64,000 bases of DNA. Source: an uncultured virus (IMG/VR IMGVR_UViG_3300020179_000022) (Duplodnaviria; Heunggongvirae; Uroviricota; Caudoviricetes). Position 1 is the stretch's first letter. Every line of letters starts with the position of its first letter. The translations under genes and the position numbers were made by a program. The notes beneath the pieces were generated by a model. The model saw only the letters and a program-made list of their open reading frames with translations. It searched no databases and was not told where the DNA came from. Positions 33,399 to 43,668 of the stretch are shown in pieces. The stretch lies in IMG/VR virus record IMGVR_UViG_3300020179_000022. One strand, 5' to 3'.

Positions 33399-36300
33399 AT
33401 GGCAGAAGTACATTGCGGATCTGAACCTTGCCCCTTATTCTTGAATTCCACCTGTGTGTTCTACACAGGAGAAAGTCTTCTTTATATAGGTGTACAAAAC
33501 AATGACACTCTTGAAGTGGTCATTGAGAAGATTAACCAAGCATTCCAAAATGCTGGGGTGGGGTATGCCTTTACAAATGGCTTGATTCAGCCAACACCAT
33601 TTCAACCAGTGCAACTGGGTGGTGCTCTTGTACAGAACACTACTATTGGTGGAAACTTCACGCTATCTTTTACAGGAAACGTTCAAGCTGCTAGACACAT
33701 CACCACTGGTGGGTCATCATCTCAATTCTTAAAAGGAGATGGTACATTAGATTCTACAGCATACCAACCAGCAGCAAACTACATCACAGGCTTGTCTGGA
33801 GATGCAACAGCTTCTGGCCCTGGTGTAGCAGCTATGACACTAGCCACAGTAAACTTTTCTTCTGGTACATTTGGTAATGGTAACACCATTCCAATTGTCA
33901 CAGTGAATGCAAAAGGTTTAGTTACAAACATCACTCCTGTGCCAGTTACTATTCCACCTCTACCACTAACATTTATTGGTGATGTTGTAGGTTCTGGATT
34001 TACAGGAAGTAACATCACTCTTCTTTTACAAAACGTTAATCCAAATCCCTACAACACCATCACCCCTCTAAAGTTTTCAGTGAATGGTAAGGGACTTGTT
34101 ACATCTGCTTCTCCAATAACAGCTTCTGATATTGTAAATATTCTTGGTTACTATCCAGGAACATCTGGTACATCTGGTTCTGCTGGTACAAGCGGCACCT
34201 CTGGTACTACAGGTACTTCAGGTACAACAGGTACATCTGGAACGTCAGGAACAACAGGTACATCAGGCACCTCTGCAACTAGTGGAACATCTGGAACTAG
34301 TGGAACTGATGGTACAGGAGGTACGTCAGGAACTAGTGGAACAAGTGCAACAGCTGGAACATCAGGTACAAGTGGATCAACAGGTACTTCAGGCACCAGT
34401 GGTACGACAGGTACTAGTGGGTCTTCTGGTACTAGTGGTTCTACAGGAACGTCTGGTAGCTCTGGAACAACTGGCACCTCTGGAAGTTCTGGTACCACTG
34501 GTACATCAGGTAGTAGTGGAACTTCAGGTACCACTGGTACTAGTGGAAGTAGCGGATCAAGCGGTACTACAGGTACGTCAGGTACATCTGGTTTGTCAGG
34601 TGATAGATTTAAAACAACTTCTACAACAACATTCACTCTACTACCTGCTGGTGAATCAGGAACAATAACTGTAGATCCAGGACTAGCATACACTCCTGGT
34701 CAATCTATCATTATTGCCCATGATGCCAACAATCATGATGAAGCTGAAGTGACTGCATATGATCCTAACACAGGATCATTAAGCTTTGTTGTGTTCAGAC
34801 TTACAGGATCAGGAACATATAGTAACTGGTTTGTAAACATCGATGGTGCATCTGGAGGTGATGGTAGCTCAGGAACCTCTGGCACAACTGGTACTAGTGG
34901 CTCTAGTGGTACGAGTGGAACCACTGGCACTAGTGGATCAAGTGGGACATCAGGTACCACTGGAACATCAGGTAGCAGTGGCACAAGTGGTACGTCTGCA
35001 ACAAATGGTACTGGGGGTACATCTGGAACGTCTGGTTCTTCTGGCACATCAGGTACGACAGGAACTTCTGGAACCTCTGCAACATCAGGGACTAGTGGCA
35101 CATCTGCCACCTCTGGTACAACAGGGACCAGTGGTACTTCTGGAACTAATGGCACTGGAGGAACTAGTGGTACAAGTGGATCTAGTGCTACATCTGGCAC
35201 TTCTGGAACTAGTGGTGCAACTGGTGCTAGTGGAACGTCTGGAACGTCTGGTACATCTGTAGCTGTGTCTGGTACAACAAACACAATGGCTAAGTTCACA
35301 AGCTCTACAACCATTGGTAATAGTGCTTTGACAGATGATGGTTCTACATTAACATACACTGGTAGTACAATAATTTCAGGAACTGCTTCACCAACAGGTT
35401 CTCTTATTGGAGGAGTTCGTGCTTATGGAAGTTCAGCAGCATATATGAGTGCGTCTGATGCTTCAAGTAGAACTGCATTTTTTGGTGTAGATGCATCAGG
35501 CTATATTATGTTTGGTGCATTGACAAATCATGATACTGTAATTCGAGCTAATAACACAGCATACTTCAGAGTTTATGCGTCAGGATATACACAATCTGAG
35601 GGAAGTTCAAGAGCTCCTATATTCTACGACTCTAATGATACTACTTTTTATCTAGACCCAAATTCATCATCTAAATTAAGAAATCTTTATGTTGGTGATG
35701 CTGGAAGTAGCTGGTCAGATGTAGGAGGTTGGGGAACTCAACTTCATGTTTCAAATGGTCCTCACTCAATAATAAGAGTATATGCTAGAAATGAAGGAAT
35801 TGAAACAATATTATTTTCTCATGGTGGTGGGCAATCTAAAGTAGGATCTGGTACTAACCATGATTTTGGTATTGTAAGAAACTTCTCAACCAGAATGACA
35901 TTTTATTCTGGGCACACTTACTCGGAAGGATATTTACAGGCGGCTGATTCACTACGAGCTCCTATATTCTATGATTCTAACGATACTACATACTACGGTG
36001 ATTTTGCAGGTACATCATTATTTAATGTTGTTAGAATAGGTGTTAGCGCAAACCAAACCTTTGCTCAATTAAATATTTCTCAAGGAGCAGGTTCAGCAAC
36101 TTTATATCGTGATATTGATATGAAGGGTAGTTGGGCAGGTGGTGAAGGACATGCTATTACAGCAACCCATGGTTCTTCATCTACTAATATTGTTGGACAA
36201 ATGGTTTTTGAACATAATTCACCAGGTTCTAGAATTAAATGGGGTAGACTATATCATGGTGGAGATCAGTCTACTTACCCAATGCAACTTATCTCTGATG

Positions 36301-38783
36301 GAAGTAGTGCTTATCTGGAAATGAATACGGGTAGTATGCGTGTTCCAATATTCTATGACTCTGCTGATACTACATATTATCTAGACCCTAATAGTAGTTC
36401 ACTTTTAAGAGGTAGATTTAATATAACAGGTGGACATAGTAATTCAAGTCTCAGAGTATTCCTACAAGCTAGTGAAAATGGTGCAGGAACTGGAATATCT
36501 ACACTTCAAATGTGGACATCGGAACCAGGTAATACATGGGACGGAGCGGGGTTTGGATATAATGTAGACAATAATCAGAATGAGTCTGGAAATGTTCCAG
36601 CTTATTACTTCGGTAGACCAAATACCAACTTTGGTCAGGCTTATATGAGAATGACAACTGATGGTAACTGGTATTTTTACAATACGCCAAATGGTTCTAA
36701 TACAAGACATCTTACAATGCAACTTGTAAGAGATGGTTATTTATTAGCACCACAATCAGTTCGCTCTCCAATATTCTATGATTCAAATGATACAGCATAT
36801 TTTTGTGACCCTAATGGTAGAAGTAGATTATCTTCTATAGATTATGGTAATGGTAGTTATTACTTAGCTGGTGGTGATTGGGGATGGAGACACAATACCC
36901 CTTATGGATGGATTCAATTTGGTCCTGCAAATAGTAGTCATGCACACATTTATACAGATAGAAGTAACTTCTACTTTAACGTAGATGTAATGTACCAAAA
37001 CGGACATAGAATCTATGGAGACAACTATAGACCATATGCCGATACTGCGGGTACAGCTAGTTCTTCAACTACAGCAGCTTATCTTCCAACACTATACGCA
37101 GGTGGGGTTCAATCCAACCCACAAACATATTTTGGTCAATCTGTTGGTTTAAGAGTAGCAATGACAGGCCATTGGTCCGTTTGGTCTGATACTTTATGGA
37201 TTAATGGGTATGCAGGAGGAGATGTTCTTCAAATGTGTGCTTTACATACATTGAGAAATGGTCAACCAAGAATGGCTATTAGTGCCCAAGCATGTAATGG
37301 TTCTTCATATGGATCTATCTATGAATTTTGGACAAATTATAATATGGATGCTCCTAACAAATCAGGAACATCTTATTACCAAGCAAACACTTGGATACAA
37401 TTTAATGGTGGGTATGGTTTATATTTTCCTAATAACTATGGAGGACATTTTTATCCAAATGATGGTAGTTCATACACTCAATTTAGGTTAAGTGGACAAA
37501 AAAATGGATATGGAGGTATATGGGATTCCTACAGTGCTGTAGCTGGTATAATGTATGATAGTGGTGGTAACGGAGGAGTTTATCGCGAAGCTAATGGTAG
37601 ATGGTACTTCTATTATCACCTAAGTAATGATTGCATGGGTATTGGTACATCATCAACTTCCTCTACCTATAGCCTTTATTTAAATAAAGGTGTATTTGCT
37701 CAAAGTAGAATTGATGCTACTATATTCTATGATACTAATGATACAAGTAGATATATTGATCCTAACGGTACATCTCAAACAAACAGTATGCGAGCTTCTG
37801 AATTCAGAGGCAACGCAAACGTTGGAGGTACAGGTGAAGCTACATGGCACCCAGCAGGAGCTTATATTGGTAGCACAATGTGGCAATATGGAGATATGTA
37901 TAAAAATAATACTCCAATCTATGACGTTGCAAATATTTATAATAGTGGTTGGTATAGAAATTATGGAAGAATAGGAGTATACAACCAGACTTATGGAGGA
38001 CACTTTTATCAATCAGAGTCTAGTTACTGGTCTATTACTGGTGCTGGTACATCAACATTTGGTCTTCAGTTTAGATCAAACTATGATACAGGAGTAGTAG
38101 GATATGTTTATGGAGAATCAGGAGGTAGTTTTGGTTTATTAAGTGGTGGATCGTGGGCAGTTAGAACTTTTCCTGGAGGAGGTGAGCTGTATGGGTCTTG
38201 GACATCAAATGGTGACCATAGAGCTCCAATATTTTATGATTCTCAAAACACAGCATATTATTTAAATCCAAATGGTGGATCATATTTTGCTAGTTCTATA
38301 GAAATAGCTAATGGATATTTTTTAACAAATGGAGCGGGTGGTGCTGTATGGATGAGTAGTGTTCAAGGATCATTTGGTGGATACATGAGGTTTTCTCAAC
38401 ATGCTGTAATTGAAACTTATGTTGGTGGGTACCACGTCTATGTAGTAAGTGCTAATGGAGTTGGTGTTGTAAAATATGATGGAGATCAATTTTGGTCTGC
38501 ACATTCGGATGCAAGAATAAAAACTGTTCATTCAGTTATGGAAAATAATTTATCAAAACTTGATGGAATTAACCCAATTTATTATTCTTTTAATAACTTT
38601 GATGATGATAACAACAGAATAGGTTTGATAGCGCAAGAAGTACAAGAACACTTTCCAGAGCTTGTTGCCACAGATCCAAAAACTGATTACTTAACTTTAG
38701 ATTATACAGGACTTATTCCTGTTCTTCTTGGAGCAATAAAAGAACTTAAAAACGAAGTAGAAACTTTAAAAACAAGAATATGA
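33399..38783 (+). CDS. Tail fibre / receptor-binding protein with G-T-S triplet repeats, six PIFYD repeats and a C-terminal peptidase S74 intramolecular chaperone
   Basis: 1794 aa. VTVNAKGLVT phage-fibre motifs, (GTS)n tracts, R.PIFYDS.D..YY.DPN repeats, and SDARIK...IGLIAQEV...LDYTGLIPVLLGAIKEL (S74 signature). Confidence 0.88.
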   Translation: MAEVHCGSEPCPLFLNSTCVFYTGESLLYIGVQNNDTLEVVIEKINQAFQNAGVGYAFTNGLIQPTPFQPVQLGGALVQNTTIGGNFTLSFTGNVQAARHITTGGSSSQFLKGDGTLDSTAYQPAANYITGLSGDATASGPGVAAMTLATVNFSSGTFGNGNTIPIVTVNAKGLVTNITPVPVTIPPLPLTFIGDVVGSGFTGSNITLLLQNVNPNPYNTITPLKFSVNGKGLVTSASPITASDIVNILGYYPGTSGTSGSAGTSGTSGTTGTSGTTGTSGTSGTTGTSGTSATSGTSGTSGTDGTGGTSGTSGTSATAGTSGTSGSTGTSGTSGTTGTSGSSGTSGSTGTSGSSGTTGTSGSSGTTGTSGSSGTSGTTGTSGSSGSSGTTGTSGTSGLSGDRFKTTSTTTFTLLPAGESGTITVDPGLAYTPGQSIIIAHDANNHDEAEVTAYDPNTGSLSFVVFRLTGSGTYSNWFVNIDGASGGDGSSGTSGTTGTSGSSGTSGTTGTSGSSGTSGTTGTSGSSGTSGTSATNGTGGTSGTSGSSGTSGTTGTSGTSATSGTSGTSATSGTTGTSGTSGTNGTGGTSGTSGSSATSGTSGTSGATGASGTSGTSGTSVAVSGTTNTMAKFTSSTTIGNSALTDDGSTLTYTGSTIISGTASPTGSLIGGVRAYGSSAAYMSASDASSRTAFFGVDASGYIMFGALTNHDTVIRANNTAYFRVYASGYTQSEGSSRAPIFYDSNDTTFYLDPNSSSKLRNLYVGDAGSSWSDVGGWGTQLHVSNGPHSIIRVYARNEGIETILFSHGGGQSKVGSGTNHDFGIVRNFSTRMTFYSGHTYSEGYLQAADSLRAPIFYDSNDTTYYGDFAGTSLFNVVRIGVSANQTFAQLNISQGAGSATLYRDIDMKGSWAGGEGHAITATHGSSSTNIVGQMVFEHNSPGSRIKWGRLYHGGDQSTYPMQLISDGSSAYLEMNTGSMRVPIFYDSADTTYYLDPNSSSLLRGRFNITGGHSNSSLRVFLQASENGAGTGISTLQMWTSEPGNTWDGAGFGYNVDNNQNESGNVPAYYFGRPNTNFGQAYMRMTTDGNWYFYNTPNGSNTRHLTMQLVRDGYLLAPQSVRSPIFYDSNDTAYFCDPNGRSRLSSIDYGNGSYYLAGGDWGWRHNTPYGWIQFGPANSSHAHIYTDRSNFYFNVDVMYQNGHRIYGDNYRPYADTAGTASSSTTAAYLPTLYAGGVQSNPQTYFGQSVGLRVAMTGHWSVWSDTLWINGYAGGDVLQMCALHTLRNGQPRMAISAQACNGSSYGSIYEFWTNYNMDAPNKSGTSYYQANTWIQFNGGYGLYFPNNYGGHFYPNDGSSYTQFRLSGQKNGYGGIWDSYSAVAGIMYDSGGNGGVYREANGRWYFYYHLSNDCMGIGTSSTSSTYSLYLNKGVFAQSRIDATIFYDTNDTSRYIDPNGTSQTNSMRASEFRGNANVGGTGEATWHPAGAYIGSTMWQYGDMYKNNTPIYDVANIYNSGWYRNYGRIGVYNQTYGGHFYQSESSYWSITGAGTSTFGLQFRSNYDTGVVGYVYGESGGSFGLLSGGSWAVRTFPGGGELYGSWTSNGDHRAPIFYDSQNTAYYLNPNGGSYFASSIEIANGYFLTNGAGGAVWMSSVQGSFGGYMRFSQHAVIETYVGGYHVYVVSANGVGVVKYDGDQFWSAHSDARIKTVHSVMENNLSKLDGINPIYYSFNNFDDDNNRIGLIAQEVQEHFPELVATDPKTDYLTLDYTGLIPVLLGAIKELKNEVETLKTRI
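34158..35260 (+). repeat. Two Gly-Thr/Ser-Ser/Thr triplet repeat tracts (collagen-like Gly-X-Y periodicity without Pro)
   Basis: (GTS/GTT/GSS)n at ~34158-34600 and ~34850-35260, separated by a ~80-aa globular insert. Confidence 0.95.
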
Positions 38784-39154
38784 TTTACACTTGGAAAGTA
38801 ACAGGCATGAAAGGCATAGACTTGCCTACAGAGCCAAACACAATCATCCAGACTTACTGGACAAAGACTGGAATAGACGAGCATGGAAACGAAGGTGTGT
38901 TCTCAGGAGCAACTCCTTTCAATCCTGATGACATTGATCCTGCAAAATTTGTACCTTACGATCAGTTAACAGAAGACATCGTTCTTGGGTGGATTCAAGC
39001 TGTTGTTGTAGGAAGTTATGAGGAGCATGTAGATGCACAGATTCAAAAACAAATTGATGGAAAGAAGGTGAAAGAAGAACCCCTACCTTGGGTTCCCACC
39101 ACCACTACCACCACCACCACTGTTGCAGAACAAATAGTAACCAAAAACCAATAA
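38780..39154 (+). CDS. Tail-fibre-associated small protein with poly-Thr tail
   Basis: 124 aa, overlapping the fibre stop (ATGA). FVPYDQLTEDIVLGWI and PLPW resemble fibre-adjacent phage proteins. PTTTTTTTTV at 39096-39125. Confidence 0.6.
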   Translation: MIYTWKVTGMKGIDLPTEPNTIIQTYWTKTGIDEHGNEGVFSGATPFNPDDIDPAKFVPYDQLTEDIVLGWIQAVVVGSYEEHVDAQIQKQIDGKKVKEEPLPWVPTTTTTTTTVAEQIVTKNQ

Positions 39155-39155
39155 T

Positions 39156-39560
39156 ATGAAATTTAAAATATTTCAAATGTTTGAACTCGAGCTAGAAATT
39201 GCTGGAGGTAAAAGAGAAGACTTCTCTATTGTAGGACTTCTTAATGAGAGTGTAAGCTTCAAAACCAAATATCTTCTACAGCGTGTGTTGAAGAAGATTG
39301 GTGAAGAGAAACAACAATTCATGGAAACTGAGAAGTCTTTATTCACTAGCCTCGGTGCTGTAGAGAAAGATGGAAACCTTGTCATCGAAAACACACTAGA
39401 GGATGGTTCTCCAAATCCAGCAATTCAAAAGTTGATTGAGGAGAGAACACAACTCATGAACGTAGAAGTGGATGCTGGTGATTTAGATTTTAAAATCGAA
39501 GACTTTGATTTTAAATCAGAATCAACTTATCCAGTGTTCATGTTGCTTGCTTTCGATTAA
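39156..39560 (+). CDS. Hypothetical protein (possible tail assembly chaperone)
   Basis: 134-aa ORF with an A-rich leader, last gene of the + virion operon. Confidence 0.6.
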   Translation: MKFKIFQMFELELEIAGGKREDFSIVGLLNESVSFKTKYLLQRVLKKIGEEKQQFMETEKSLFTSLGAVEKDGNLVIENTLEDGSPNPAIQKLIEERTQLMNVEVDAGDLDFKIEDFDFKSESTYPVFMLLAFD

Positions 39561-42539
39561 GGCAATAACATCTCCACTTGTTATGCTGGACTGGCATTCA
39601 TATTGTCTGTCAGTTCCAGCATGAACAGGACACCAGTCCCAGCTCTTGTCAAACTTATATTTGGGACTATTCCAACATCCATTACATACATTCTTTCTAA
39701 CAGGACGTATGCAGGAAAACTCATGTCCTTCCTCTGTGAAGTTTGCTATCATTATCACAGGCTTGTTCATTGCCCATGCTAACCAACTAAGCCCACTAGA
39801 TAGTCCTATAAAAAACTCACTATAGCTTATAGCATCCATTGCATTCTGTAATGACTTATCCTCAAGGGGTTCACAGTTGTCAAATGGATTATCCTCTTTA
39901 GAAACATTGATCACTCTGTAATTTTTTCCATACAGATAGTGTATCAACTCCTGCCAAGCCTCTCTAGTCCAGAACTTACAACCAGCTGTTGAGTTGGTTG
40001 CTATTGTGACAATCTTACCATCAAATGTATTTTTAGTAGTGTGTGCAATCCTTGGTCTAATCTCTTTGTAGTCTAGTCCTAAGATGTTTGTAGCTGCCTT
40101 CTGTAGAGGAATAGTGTTTGGTAGGACAGGCTCTTTAGCACTGTCATAAAACCATCCTATTGAATACATTGCGATGATATTATTGACAGCTGTTCCAGGA
40201 GCAACAAACTGTAGCTCTGGATAGACATCTTCGAACAAAAAGTTCTTGAACGTACTGACAATCATATGACAGTTATGCTTCTTTCTAAATTCATCTACAT
40301 AAGGAATCCAGGCTATGTTGTCTCCTAGAGATGCGCTCTCTAATGATATGTAGACACGCTGATTGGTGAGATCAAACTTGTAATCGTACACTAGAACTTT
40401 ATTCTCCCACACTTTTATCTTCCATGCTGTAAACCATTGTCTAGAGAGCTTCACCCAATGGTTTGCTCTGATTGTATTCTCATAGAGACAAATGTCGTTC
40501 TCATCATAGAACTTTGTCCTGTAATTTTTATTTGATCTACCAGTGATTTCTAGGAATGGTTGCTTAACAAAGTTGACATCAATGTTAATCTTCTGAAGCA
40601 TCATCTCATTAGTGAGCACAGAGTTGTAGATGAACATCTGATCCACCTTGAAATTAAACAATGCTTCACTTAATGGTTTCTTGCTTGGTTTTTTGATCGA
40701 TAGAAGTTGATTCAATACATCACCATCTTCTTTGAGAGGTGTGATCCAACCATCAAACATTCCACAATACTGAGGAAGGTCTCTTGCTAGTATTGATAGG
40801 CCATGACTAGCTGCTTGACGAACAACCAATGGATTACATTCCCATGTAGAGTTAAACATGAAGATGTCACACGCTGTCATGAACTTGTCAACATCACTAC
40901 GTTCTCCCCACACATGCACATTGTCTGGAAGATCAACCATTAATGGTTCCCAGTAGTGCTTGAAATTAATAGCTTGGTTTCCTACAAAGTGAAACTCCAT
41001 ATCAGGAAGTTGTTTGGCTATCACCACTCCCTCTCCTTGATTCTTTCCTGGTGTCCACAGTCCCACATTAAGAACATGCTTCTTCTGTGGGTCCATGTCA
41101 AGAGCAATCTTCTCATAAAGCTTTTCTGCCTTTGATGGAATCTTATTCTCTATGGGATATTCTAGAACAAACTTCTGAGAAGGCATATTCTCAAATGTCT
41201 GTAGGTGATACTTTGTACAAAACACATAAGCATCAGGATGATACTTCTTTTCTATGTCTGGCTTGAAATAAACATTGTGACATGTCTCTACAATCTTCCA
41301 AGTTCTGTCGTTATCATAGAGTTCATTAAGAAGTTCTATAGGGAAGTTGTTCACACTATCTTCCACCATTTCTTCTATATGCACAAGATGTATGTTGTGT
41401 TTCTTGATGATGTCAATGAGTTCCATCTTGTTATCCACAAGTGTGTATAACTTGTGGACAAGTTTCTTAATCTCATTCTTCTGAACAACGTATTCATCGC
41501 TGTGATTGGAATACTCTACAACAATAATCTCTGCACCAAATCCATCAAGAGCTTGTATTCTCTTTAGAAGTACAGATGGCATACCACCTGTTGATAGATG
41601 TGGTGCTAAGAATAGTATTTTTAAATTGTTGTGTTGGTTGACAATCTCACGCATTTCTTTCATTTTGTCAACTCGCTTTTCACCATGTATAACAAGAACA
41701 TTTTCTTTGCATTCAGCTATCTTGTGCCACTCTTTTAGATGATATGTCCATCCAAGAAACTTGTAATCACCATTGTAATAACCATTCAACTCCTCTACAG
41801 AACCATTCATGTACAAATATGGCAACCCATCAACATAGTTGTATTTCCAGAGAAGAACATTCAATAATGTTTCCTCATGATAGGGGGCATAGAGTTCTCT
41901 ATTCTTGAGAACTTCTGGATGCTTAGACATCTGTTTCCACTCAGCAATGAATGGTAGGGATGGTTGTCCAGCTATGAAAAGGTTTGTTGTTCTGTAATGA
42001 CCTCTGACAGATTGATCTACACCAAATAGTTGACATGCATGATACTCTGTTGTGCCTGTCATATCATCTCTTGACTCGCAGGCACCTCTGCCATCATAGA
42101 ACATCCAATCATAGATTCCTTCTGTAGCAAGTACATAAGGTTCTCCATGATACATGTGAAAGATTCTGTCCAGATATTCAGTGGCTATAGAGTCACTATC
42201 AACATACACGACTGTCTCTGCATGATTGAGAAGGGCATCTTCAATAACAGCTATGCGTTCAGTGAGAATGTTATAGATGTCTTTTTCACCACGCTTGATG
42301 TAGAAGTTACCAGTTGATTCTCTATCATACAGATTGTCATCAGTCAAATCCATATGCCAGGGAATAATGTAGCTTTTTTGTGTTGTATTAATATTACTCG
42401 AGGAAAATGATACACTACCCATTAAGTAGATCAAAACTGGCACATCACTGACAGCGTTGATTGATAGTGCACACTGCTCTAGTGTTGGTAGATAAGCTTC
42501 TGTTCCATAAAGAACATAAGCTTTTGACATCTTCTGCAT
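39522..42539 (-). CDS. Three-domain glycosyltransferase: N-terminal GT-A-like (DxD), central GT-B/GT4-like, C-terminal Aah/TibC-like autotransporter heptosyltransferase
   Basis: 1005 aa. YVDSDSI and HEETLLNVLLW; APHLSTGGMP, VGLWTPGKNQ and NSTWECNPLVVRQA; SLGDNIAWIPY, FIGLSSGLSWLAWA and CNGCWN...CP.H...C. Confidence 0.8.
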   Translation of the reverse strand: MQKMSKAYVLYGTEAYLPTLEQCALSINAVSDVPVLIYLMGSVSFSSSNINTTQKSYIIPWHMDLTDDNLYDRESTGNFYIKRGEKDIYNILTERIAVIEDALLNHAETVVYVDSDSIATEYLDRIFHMYHGEPYVLATEGIYDWMFYDGRGACESRDDMTGTTEYHACQLFGVDQSVRGHYRTTNLFIAGQPSLPFIAEWKQMSKHPEVLKNRELYAPYHEETLLNVLLWKYNYVDGLPYLYMNGSVEELNGYYNGDYKFLGWTYHLKEWHKIAECKENVLVIHGEKRVDKMKEMREIVNQHNNLKILFLAPHLSTGGMPSVLLKRIQALDGFGAEIIVVEYSNHSDEYVVQKNEIKKLVHKLYTLVDNKMELIDIIKKHNIHLVHIEEMVEDSVNNFPIELLNELYDNDRTWKIVETCHNVYFKPDIEKKYHPDAYVFCTKYHLQTFENMPSQKFVLEYPIENKIPSKAEKLYEKIALDMDPQKKHVLNVGLWTPGKNQGEGVVIAKQLPDMEFHFVGNQAINFKHYWEPLMVDLPDNVHVWGERSDVDKFMTACDIFMFNSTWECNPLVVRQAASHGLSILARDLPQYCGMFDGWITPLKEDGDVLNQLLSIKKPSKKPLSEALFNFKVDQMFIYNSVLTNEMMLQKINIDVNFVKQPFLEITGRSNKNYRTKFYDENDICLYENTIRANHWVKLSRQWFTAWKIKVWENKVLVYDYKFDLTNQRVYISLESASLGDNIAWIPYVDEFRKKHNCHMIVSTFKNFLFEDVYPELQFVAPGTAVNNIIAMYSIGWFYDSAKEPVLPNTIPLQKAATNILGLDYKEIRPRIAHTTKNTFDGKIVTIATNSTAGCKFWTREAWQELIHYLYGKNYRVINVSKEDNPFDNCEPLEDKSLQNAMDAISYSEFFIGLSSGLSWLAWAMNKPVIMIANFTEEGHEFSCIRPVRKNVCNGCWNSPKYKFDKSWDWCPVHAGTDRQYECQSSITSGDVIALIESKQHEHWIS

Positions 42540-42543
42540 ATAG

Positions 42544-43158
42544 TTATTTCTTTCTTACAAACCAGCTTCCAAAAAATTCATTTGTAATATAGACATTGTT
42601 TCCTGTTTCTTTACAAAACTCCTCAACAGCAGGATTAACACCAAACACTCCATGATAGATAGATCCACTCCAGATGTGTTTGTCAATTCCATTCTCATGA
42701 AAAACTTTATCTTCCCACCATTTAATCTTTAGTTGATCATGTCCACACAACCATCCACCTGGTTTAACCTTGGGCCACCATTTAGCAATGTCCTCTTTGA
42801 CGAATTCGTAGGCATGGTTGGCATCTATGTAGACAAAATCTAGGCTTTCTTCTGGAAAAATATCACTGCCTACAGTTGATGTTGCTCTAATCATGATGGC
42901 TCTATCCTCAAAGCCCTGAATGCTGTTCATTGCATCCTCATAAACACCATGTTCAAAGTTAGCGTGATTACTAGCATCAATGTATTCATCACCTAGTGGT
43001 CTCCAAACATCCACCATGTAGAGTGTACCATTCCAAATGGATAACAATTCTTTTGAAAATTCTCCTTTGAATGTACCCACCTCAACTCCCTTACCATCAG
43101 GCAGTTGCGTGAATATTTCTTTGAAGAATTGGATTCTATTCTTCTCTATATCAATCAT
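42544..43158 (-). CDS. Class I SAM-dependent methyltransferase (Methyltransf_24-like)
   Basis: GVEVGTFKG, LDFVYIDANHAYE and WWPKVKPGGWLCGHD motifs. Confidence 0.85.
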   Translation of the reverse strand: MIDIEKNRIQFFKEIFTQLPDGKGVEVGTFKGEFSKELLSIWNGTLYMVDVWRPLGDEYIDASNHANFEHGVYEDAMNSIQGFEDRAIMIRATSTVGSDIFPEESLDFVYIDANHAYEFVKEDIAKWWPKVKPGGWLCGHDQLKIKWWEDKVFHENGIDKHIWSGSIYHGVFGVNPAVEEFCKETGNNVYITNEFFGSWFVRKK

Positions 43159-43179
43159 TTAATATTGGTTTTTGTGAAT

Positions 43180-43225
43180 TAAATATATGAACTTTTGGTA
43201 GTTATCAATACATGTTATAAATTTA
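43180..43225. promoter_or_regulatory. Putative divergent Bacteroidota-type sigma70 promoters
   Basis: Plus strand: TTG (43195)-N20-TAAATTTA (43218-43225). Minus strand: TTG-N18-TATATTTA (43187-43180). Both resemble the TTG...TAnnTTTG consensus, in a divergent intergenic region. Confidence 0.4.
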
Positions 43226-43275
43226 CTACTATTCGCCAGAATTGAATAAAAAACTGTCCAACTAAAAACTTCACA

Positions 43276-43301
43276 GCACGCCTCACTAGGGGTGTGCTTT
43301 G
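43276..43301 (+). other. GC-rich hairpin in the leader of the lysis cluster
   Basis: AGCACGCCTC-ACTA-GGGGTGTGCT followed by a T-rich run. Confidence 0.5.
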
Positions 43302-43320
43302 TTGTTTTAACCCACTGTAA

Positions 43321-43656
43321 ATGAATCCTAGCATGGCAACTGACTTATATCAGCAGCAAATTAACAACGAATTAAAAAGTATGGACCAGCGTCTTTATGA
43401 CTTGGAGGAAAAAATGTCTTCCATTGATGGAAAACTTACGCAAGTGGTGGATGCAATATTAGGCAATCCTTTAACAAAGTCTGGTGGATTTGTAGACAAG
43501 ATTGAAATTCTAGAGGAGAAGATTACTCTGATGGAGAAAAAGATAGAGAAGCAAGAAGAATTTAGAAGAAGAATCACTTGGACAATTGGAATAGTGATTG
43601 CTATAGCAGCAGTGCTGCAATATATATCTGGAATCTTATCCAATGTCAATCAGTAA
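43321..43656 (+). CDS. Coiled-coil protein with C-terminal transmembrane helix (holin/antiholin-like)
   Basis: 111 aa with TM segment ITWTIGIVIAIAAVLQYI, immediately upstream of the endolysin. Confidence 0.55.
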   Translation: MNPSMATDLYQQQINNELKSMDQRLYDLEEKMSSIDGKLTQVVDAILGNPLTKSGGFVDKIEILEEKITLMEKKIEKQEEFRRRITWTIGIVIAIAAVLQYISGILSNVNQ

Positions 43657-43668
43657 ACTTGTCAAAAA

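Noticed and set aside
34144..35359. Alternative-frame and antisense ORFs (VPEVP/LVVQ-rich) over the GTS repeats
   Set aside because: These are shadow ORFs produced by the stop-free repetitive tract of the tail fibre.
33399..39560. Diversity-generating retroelement or invertase shufflon acting on the tail fibre
   Set aside because: No reverse transcriptase, recombinase, adenine-variant template repeat or inverted alternative C-termini were seen in the window.
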